A DNA stretch of 64,000 nucleotides from Paraspadella gotoi. Taxonomy: Eukaryota; Animalia; Chaetognatha. The position numbers and the translations under genes were made by a program. Shown here piece by piece: positions 55,541 through 64,000 of the stretch. Under the pieces are notes generated by a model. That model was not told the origin of the DNA and searched no databases. It worked only from the letters and a program-made list of their open reading frames with translations. Positions within the stretch are counted from its first letter, which is position 1, and each line of letters opens with the position of its first letter. Location of the stretch: assembly GCA_051294375.1 (NCBI GenBank), contig CM119267.1, positions 11,977,553 to 12,041,552 of the forward strand. Reading direction: 5' to 3'.

Positions 55541-57365
55541 ATGTCATTCAGCCGGAGCCGATGCGCCTCCGCAGCGCTCCTGGTGCTGTTATCAGGCTGG
55601 GTCACACGCCCTTCGACTGCGACGGCCTTATCGACCGACCGATTTTCCGCTGGACGGACCACGGCGGTCGAATCGAAAGAATTCGTTGGGGAAAATCGGC
55701 CTCGCGTTCCGCACCCAGAGTATGTCGGTGAAATTGCCTTTCCCGGTCTCGGGCAAATCGGCGGTTTGGCCACCGACGCCTCTGGCCGACTCGTCGTCTT
55801 TCACCGAGCGGACCGGCGCTGGAACGCCGTCTCTTTCAGATTGGATAATACATTCTCTGGCGAGCCCATCGCCGCTAACACGCTCGCGCTGATCGAGGAC
55901 GGCAGGGTGGTGCAAGAATGGGGTAGCGCCACCTTTTACATGCCTCACGGATTGACGATCGACTCCCACGGCGCCGTTTGGCTCACCGACGTCGGCGCTC
56001 ATCAGGTCTACAAATTCGCAGAGTTGGGAGCCCCAACTCCCAAGTTGACCGTCGGAGCTAAGCTGAGTCCTGGCAACGATAACCGACACTTTTGCAAACC
56101 AACCGACGTCGCCGTCGAGGAGAGCGGACATTTCTTCGTCGCCGACGGGTACTGCAATTCTCGAGTTGTAAAGTTCGACCCAGCGGGAAAGTTTGTCACG
56201 CAATGGGGACATTCCGTGCGCGGTTTGGGACTGCATCCAGGACCTGATGCCTTTTCTATTCCGCACGGGCTTGCGTTAGATGAAAAAAAAGGTCAGTGTG
56301 ATGATTTTTTTGTGTGGGATTTAAATAAGTTTTATCAAAATTTATTTTTGACTAGGAATTCTTTATGTTGCCGATCGAGAAAATGGTCGAATTCAATGCT
56401 TCGACCCCATGGGAAAATTTCTTCGCGTTATCGAGTCGTCGGCCTTCGAACGCCTTTTCGCGGTCGAGTTTTCTCCGGCCGACGACGTGCTGTACGCCGT
56501 CAATGGTTAGTTAACCTTCTCAGCTTCGCTCATACCTAGCTCATTTAATAGTTACCTTGAAGAGATCCAATGATTTTTATGATTTACTGATTGAACCATT
56601 TTAAATTAGCAGTACTTTAATTGCCGAAGTGAACGGTTGGTGGATTTTCAATCACCACAACGACATGTTAATTGAAAGCAAAATCGTTATGATATTGTGG
56701 AACTTTTATAATCACTGATCTCTTATTCTGTAAATCCCAGTTCTTGGCTGCTCTCCCTTCGTTTAGGTCCTGGTATATTCGTCAAAAGCGTGAAAGGCTT
56801 CACCATTTCCGGGGAAAACTTCACAATTCTGAATCCTTGGAACCGGGCGGGAGAAGATTTCGACCAGCCCCACGACGTCACAGTCAGCCCGGACGGCCGC
56901 TACGTCTACGTTGGGGAAATCGGTCCCAACCGTTTGACTCGCTTCGCGGTTTCGCAAATCGACGAGGAGATGAATCGTTCGCTCAACGCCAGTTCCGACG
57001 CATACTCGTCCTACCCCGTGTTGACACTTTTCGGAACTGTCTTCGTCGCGGCTGGTGTCATCTTCGTCCTCGGCGGCGTAGCCCTCGTCTGCCTTTACCG
57101 ATACCGCGGCGTCGGTCTCAACAAAATGGCCAAGTTCCATTTCGCAAAGTTGTGTAACGACCCGGCGAGCGGCGGACGCGACCGTTTCGGTGGCGGATAT
57201 GTGCCGCCCATGAGCGACAGCCTCAATTTGGGAACGCTCCTCAACCGGCGCCAGGGCTTCGACCGGCTGAGTACCGAGGACGGCGAATTGGACAGTCTGA
57301 GTCAAGGCCTAAGTGACGCCGAAGAGTATGAGGCCACGGGAGGGACCACCGAGTTGAATGCTTGA
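55541..57365 (+). CDS. Monofunctional peptidyl-alpha-hydroxyglycine alpha-amidating lyase (PAL), membrane-anchored; exons 55541-56291, 56356-56505, 56767-57365
   Basis: Signal peptide, VVFHRADRRW, FYMPHGLTID, HFCKPTDVAV, FVADGYCNSRVVKF, LYVADRENGRIQCF, PHDVTVS...YVGEIGP, TM segment, tail GFDRLSTE. Confidence 0.9.
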
Positions 57366-57878
57366 AAAGGAAAACTAACTACGTAGACTGATTGTAACAT
57401 CATACTTATTTAACTTTTATCCCCTATTAGTATGATTTTTCCCCTTCTTTGCCCTCTTGGGAAAAAAAAAGATCTGAGTCACTGCCGTTACGTTTATTTA
57501 AGTCTGCTTAAACATTTAAATCTATATTAGATGTTAGTATTATGAAGTACTTGTTCGTCAATTTTTTGACATACTACTATTTTTATTTGATTTTCCTCCC
57601 AATTCCCTGGTGGATCTATTTTTGTGGTGGATACAATTTTTGAATTTTGACCGGTTTCCTTTTTTAAAAAAATACTCTTTACTATGTACGTACCTAAATT
57701 CTCATTTATTTTCCTCATCCCTAAATTTACTCAGTTCAAATTAATAATAATACATTGATTTGAAAAAACTTTTCCTCGAGATGAAATGGCCAAAACGGTA
57801 AAGATTTTCTTCACGAATTTCTAAGAAAAGACCGATATAATTCGAAAGAGGAGACGACGAAAGATCGAGGAGGGCGCA

Positions 57879-60800
57879 ATGGGGTTGGAGGAACTCCAGC
57901 AATGGTGGGAGATTCCCGCCGTGGCGCACTTTTGTTCTCTCTTCACCTCGGCCTTCAACTTGACCGACTTCGATATCGAGGAATTGGAGGGTGCGCTGAT
58001 TGCCGAGGAGGAGGTCGGAGCCTCCGCCTTTACTGCCGAAATCATGGTTGGGCTTCTCAGGGGTGCCTACGGACGCAAGGATATCGCCCCCGCCAACTTC
58101 ATGAAGTATTTGCGAGACATTCTCTATTACCGCTGGGAGACTGAACAAGGAAAGCCCAACCCGCTCCCGCCCTGGCCTATGGGGGAAAAGCCTCTGCTTG
58201 ATGAAGGTCAGTTGCTTGAACACTTGAATAAGATAGTTCTACATGACCTTTTTATCTCGCCAAACGGGCTTAAGCCCGTCTTGGCATGATTTTGGTTTAC
58301 TTCTGCTTCTTTGTTACCGTAGTCGTCGTCGTTATTGTTATCACGCTTCTTTATGTCGCTCTTTTTTTTCTGTCGCTGCTTCTTCTGATTCGTCTAAAAA
58401 CGAGTTAAGCTCTGCAGCGGCTGTCCAGCGGCTTTTCAGCTTCTCTTTATCTTTTTTTTTCTTTTCTTTTTTTTTCATTCTCTCTTTTTCTTTCTCTCTC
58501 TCTCTCACGCATACACGCATGTTTGTTTTATTTGTTGGATATAAACTCGTAATCCGTCGATCTTATTTGCTTTAATACAGATTGCATTAATGTTAATTAA
58601 TCATCATTGGGGTTTATATGGTTTAATATTTATTTCACGTAGTTCATATTACCCCACTCATCATATTTATGATGAATAACGTCAATGAATGACTGTCATC
58701 GCATCAATGAATGATTATCATCGCTTCAATAAATGATTATCATCGTATCAATCATTTGGTTATCGCATTAATATTTGCTTATCATCGCATCAATATTTGG
58801 TTATCCTCGCATCAATCCTTTGGTTATCATCGCATCAATCCTTTGGTTATCATCGCATCAATCCTTTGGTTATCATCGCATCAATCTTTGGTTATAATAA
58901 TATCAATATTTGGTTACCATTATATCAATGTTTGGTTATCATTGTATTAATCAATCAATTATTATTATATCAATCTATCAATTACTATTATATCAATCAA
59001 TTATTATTCCATCAATCAATCAATGACCTTTTACATCACTCAATCAATGACTATTACATCAATCAATCAATTATTATTACATCAATCAATTATATCAATC
59101 AATCAATTACTATTACATCAATAAATCAATTAAATCAATCAATTACTATTACATCAATCAATCAATTACTATTATATCAATCAATTATGATTACATCAAT
59201 AATTCGTTATCGCATTAATCATTCGTTTTTTTTAATTTTTTTTCATTAATTTTCTTTGATAGTAACGTCTGGCGAGATCACTATACTTTTAAGATTTTTT
59301 TTTTTATTAAAACACAATTATTTTTATAATAACGCTCCAGGCTGGAAAACCTTAAATCTTCGGACCAAAGTCGAGATTTTGAAAGAACTTTGCGACTATC
59401 GTCTGGACGCGATCGATGTGCCGGAACTATTGCGCGGTTTTCCCGGCAACCAACTTCGCGTCGATCCTCTAGGTTATGATGACCACGGAATGTCCTATTG
59501 GTATTTTTACGGTACGAGACTCTATAAAGCTGCTCCCACTGCCACCTCTGTCAAACGAAATTGCCGTGACGAAGAAAATAATGAGGAAGGTGAAGATGAA
59601 GACGATGACGCCGACGACGAGGACGAAGAGGACGACTCTACCGAAGACGAATCCTCCAAAGACGAACCAGCCAACGTTTTAAAAATCCTACCGACGAAAA
59701 GGCCGCAAGTTCGTCGAGCCGATCTCGTAGAGGACGATCCCGACCTCGGACGTGAATTGGAGTGGCTGAACGAGGTTATCGAGGAGGAGGAATTCGGGGG
59801 CGGGCTTGGGGACGACGACGACGAAGAGGAGGAAGAAGAAGAGGATGATGAGGACGGAGGAGAATGGACACCGACGGGATGCAAGGGCAAGGGTCGGCGA
59901 AGACGAAAAGAGGAGAAAGAAGAAGCGGAGGAGGCGGCAAACTCCAGCCACACCGAATCCACGATAACCAACCCCGCTCCCGCTCCTGTCACTAAGTCAA
60001 AACCAAAAGCTCGACGCCGTCTGATCGAGGAGGAGCTAGCAGAAAGATACAAAGAGGAGCGCGAGTTTCAGCTGGACATTCAGCGCTTTAGCCGTGCGGA
60101 GAGAGCCTCGCGTCGCGCCACGCAACCCGTCGTTGCTCCCCATCGGAAAAAGCGTCGCCGGAGGCGCAAAGACGAGGAGACTGGAGAAAACATTCAATCC
60201 ACTGACGACGAGAGATCGCAGCCAAAAGATTGCGTTGATGGTGGAAAAGAAGGCAAGAAAGTCAAGAGAAAAGGGAGGAAACGAAGAAACGCCACGGGAT
60301 TCGATCTCATTAGAAGACCCAAAAAGAAGAGCCAACCCGTTTATCCGGTCAGCATCCGAAAAGCGATCACGCCGCCCGACGATGAAGACGCCGATAGCCA
60401 AGGCGCCGACAGCCAACCGGGTGCCGTTTTCCAAAATGGGCTGCCGCCGAAAAAACGGGAGGCAAGGGAGAAAGACGCCGACGACGAGGAAGAAGAGGAA
60501 GACGACGACAAGGTTCCGGGCTCTGAAGGCAACGCCTCTGCGTGGAGCAGCGACGAGGAAAATCTTCCTTCGCCGAGCAAAAAATTTAAGAAGGAAAAGT
60601 CCTCCTCCCGATCTTCTTTGATGTCCGCTGCTTCTGTAGAAAACAATGGCGACGACCAAGCGGACAACATCGGAGAAGAGGAATCGAAAAACGAAGGTCC
60701 TTCCGGTGTTTTCCCGGTGTTTTGCGTTCCCTCAGAGGAGGCCCCAGAAAACGTGAAGGTCGAAGCATTGGCAGAGGTTGCGGAAAAAAAGGAAGAGACG

Positions 60801-63701
60801 AAGGATGCCAAAATAGGTGAGAAAACATCTTGTGAAACGGAGCTGAAATTGGAGGTGAAGCCTCAAGTTAAGTTAGAATTAAAGTCGAAAGAGGAAGGAA
60901 CGGAGCTGAATTCAGATTTTAAGGGTATGCAGGCGACCGATGAATGCGATTCTCCAAACAAAGATCGAGATACCATGAGAGATAAAACGAAATCGGATCC
61001 ATCAGCTTCAGAAACGGAGGAGGACGTTTTGGATAGCCAGAGGTCAACAGAGAAAGAAATGAAAGAGAAAGATGTTGAGGCAAGAGAGAAGAAAAAAGAT
61101 AAAGTCACAAATGCCGAGGAGGATGAATATTTGAAAACCGACTCGCGATTCGAGACAAAAAACTTAGGCGACGGTTGCAAACAGGCTGACTATCTGGGAT
61201 CGCCGATGGAGATTTGGCGCGACTGGCAAATCGTTGCGTCCGACCTAGACCAGTGGACGTCGCTCGTCGAATCGTTGGAGCAGAGCAAGACCAAAAAGGG
61301 ACGAAACTTGTGCAAAATTCTCAAGGGCGTGTTTGTGGCCGAAATCGAAAAAATGTTAAAAGAGCGTGATGACAACATGGAAAAGAAGAAGCTGAGTCTC
61401 GGGCATGCCGGTGCCGGATTGAAGAAACCGGAACTCGTGTTGGCCGCGGTCATCACCGAAGAAGAAAAGATTCAGCAGGAACAGGAACGCAAGCGATTAG
61501 AAGCGGCGCGTCTCGAGAAACTCGAGGTCGAGCTACGGCTGAAGGAAGAAGAGGCGCAGAGATTAGAAGCCAAGACGAAGGCGAAGGAGAAGAGAGAAAA
61601 GCGAAAGCAACTTCGTGAGATGAAGCTTCGGGGCGAGGCCATCCCCTCGGATTTGCTCGCCGACGACGAGGACTCTTGCAGCCAGCCGGTCGCGGGCGGC
61701 GACTTTGCCTGCGCAGCGTCGGACGCCCTTCGAGAAGCGAAGCAATTAGAGGATCTCGACGAGGACGCCTACCTGAGCATGTACAAAGTCGTCGCCGCAG
61801 TGAAGAAACACGAAGATTCCTGGCCGTTCTGGGAACCCGTGACCGACGATGTGGCACCGGGTTATTCCGAGGTCATCGAAAACCCGATGGACATTTCTAG
61901 GATAGAGGATAAGCTGGAAAATAGAGCCTACAATTCGCGATCTCAGTTTGTAGAGGACTTTCACATTATGGTGGACAATTGCGAAGAGTACAATGGGGAC
62001 GACAACGAATACACGGTCATGGCGCGGACAATTATGCGTCACTTTCACCGAATGTTGAACAAGTTCTTGCCCGACGAAAACCTTGATTCGGACGACGACG
62101 AATACATGACGTGGAAGGATCGACAAAAACAAAAGAAACGTGGCCCTAAAAAGCAGAAGAAAGTCACGTCAAAGCTGGATCGTTCTTACGATCCGTTCGA
62201 TAGCAGCGACTCTGACACATCGCTCCACCCTCATAACTCTTCTCGATCACTCGGACGAATTTCTACAAGGACCGTGACGAACGCTTTGCCGGCGAAACCG
62301 AACCCTTCGAACCGCCCCAACGGAGCATCTTGGGATCCCTGTAGTTTGAATTGGCCCGGGATGATCACCAACCGAGAGGCACCGTTGCCTCGTCCCGCTG
62401 AAATAATGACCGCTTCCATCGAAGAGGAGGCCGATCTGAACAGCTCTCAGATGTCAACCGATTCGGCTTACTCGGAGCCGGACAGGCGAGGGAACGACAG
62501 CAACGTCGCCACGCTTTTGACGACGTCTCGGTCGTTGGAAATTTCCATCAAGGGCCCAACCGTCACGTCAAGCCTTGGCACTACCCAAGTCCGAGCCGGG
62601 CCCAGTCCCATCTCGAAACCCGTTAAACCGTCGAAACCTCCTAACTACGGATGCTTGGAACCGGATCCGCCGATTCTAAAAACCTCCATCCCGCCGCCCG
62701 TGTCGTCCGAAATAACAGTCGTCAATCATTATCCCACGGCGCCCATGCAGCCTTTCCAGCGTTTTCCAACTTCATATCATTCACAGCAGGCACGTCTGCC
62801 GATGACTCATCCGTCGACCTATAACAGTAATCCAGCTTCGTCGTACGGACCCGTCTCAGTTGCCGCACCTCCGAACATTACCTTTCCTAATTCCAACGTC
62901 CATAATCGTTTGTATCAGTGGCGCAATCCCACTCATTTGCCACCCATGAATCATCATCAAATGCCAGTCTCAGATTCCTTCCATCGCACGATAAGTCAGC
63001 CCAACGGGGTGGCTGTGGGGCCAGTCGTTCACGACTCTCAACATCATCAACCGCAGCCTCAGCAGTTTCCATCAAATCGAGTGCCAGTGATGTCGAATTC
63101 TCTAGCATATCGTTCTGTAGTACCTATTCAGCCACCGACTCAGCCATTTCCCTCTGGTGACGCCCTAGCCATGCAGCATCGTTCCCAAATGTTAGGTGGA
63201 ACTTCCTATTATCCGGGTATGACCTACTCTCAACAAAGATTCTGTTATTCCTCCTCGTCGTTGAGTCAATCCCCACAGAACGCGGGGCCCGGTGGTTATT
63301 CCCATCCTGTTGCCCAAGATTCTCCACCGACGCCGAATCTGTTTATGAGGCCGGTGACTTCTGAAGTGCTCCAGCCTAGTCAGTCGACCCTCCGATATCC
63401 CGGAATGATACCGCCTGAGCGTCAGGGATTTTCTCCATATGTTCATCGAAATCCAGTGCCCAACCACCCTCAGATAATGGCTCCTCAGAGCAATTGTCAT
63501 AATAGAATTTCTTCTCAAACAATGCACAGTACGCTTGAATATGGGTCTACCCTTCCTAATTCATACAAACTGTATGGACAGGACGTAATCTCAGCTTCCA
63601 ATTACCCGTCCTGTCAAAATTTTCAAGGTGGGAACGACAATAACGGTCACATAAAAGAAGATGAAAGAACTCCCTCGCCGAAAGTTTATCTCAGTTTGTG
63701 A
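57879..63701 (+). CDS. CECR2: CECR2/dikar-like bromodomain chromatin-remodelling subunit; exons 57879-58207 and 59341-63701
   Basis: DDT-like ELQQWWEIPAVAHFCSLF...DFDIEELE, WHIM-like LKELCDYRLDA and LRVDPLGYD...YWYFYGTRLY, bromodomain KHEDSWPFWEPV...APGYSEVIENPMD...NCEEYNG. Confidence 0.88.
58249..59300 (+). mobile_element. HINE/Helentron-like element with an internal ~23-bp minisatellite, in the CECR2 intron
   Basis: Subterminal inverted ATCTCGCCA (58254) and TGGCGAGAT (59270), 5' hairpin GCCAAACGGGCTTAAGCCCGTCTTGGC, T-run flanks, ATCATCGCATCAATCCTTTGGTT repeats within 58700-59220. Confidence 0.6.
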
Positions 63702-64000
63702 TCGGTAGCTCTTGATGCATACTAGATTAGTTTATTTACAGGGTAAGCAATGATTTTTTTTTATTGTTGTCAAGCGCTTTTTTTTATAGTTTTTTTTTTT
63801 ACATTTATTAGTTTAAGGAATGCTTAAATTATTTTTGTTTGTCGAATTATTATTTATAAAATCTAAGTTGGATTATTAATGTTTAACAGAAATAATTGGT
63901 TAATTGTAATTTTTACGGGTTATTTTTATTTCAGTATCAATACAATACAAGATATTTTATTTGCCAGGTTGATACTTAAAAACATTGTTCCATTTCAATC

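Noticed and set aside
58711-59249. Ile/Asn/Gln-rich ORFs and a regularly spaced repeat resembling a CRISPR array
   Set aside because: This is a degenerate tandem minisatellite with no unique spacers and no cas genes, in a eukaryotic intron.

Overview
Compact eukaryotic DNA from a bilaterian invertebrate, with the standard genetic code, short GT-AG introns, GC-richer exons and very AT-rich spacers. It holds 14 recognisable protein-coding genes: a divergent SMC3, CAMSAP/Patronin, KIF16B, IARS1, SLC35E1, NDUFAF2, NUP50, a TARP/stargazin, ODR4, a MOGAT/DGAT2-family gene, CYFIP, a VOPP1-like gene, a monofunctional PAL and CECR2. All 14 lie on the + strand, several only 170-700 nt apart, and most have a 3' splice-acceptor-like site just upstream of the start codon. 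This suggests operon-like polycistronic transcription resolved by trans-splicing, which is an inference needing RNA data. Spacers and large introns carry non-autonomous transposons: an hAT foldback with an 8-bp TSD, a Transib-type element with CACAGTG ends and a 5-bp TSD, TA-flanked MITEs, Helentron/HINE-like repeats, a tRNA-derived SINE, and Penelope remnants with hammerhead ribozyme motifs. Gene identities come from recalled family motifs and exon boundaries from manual reading; no database search was run.
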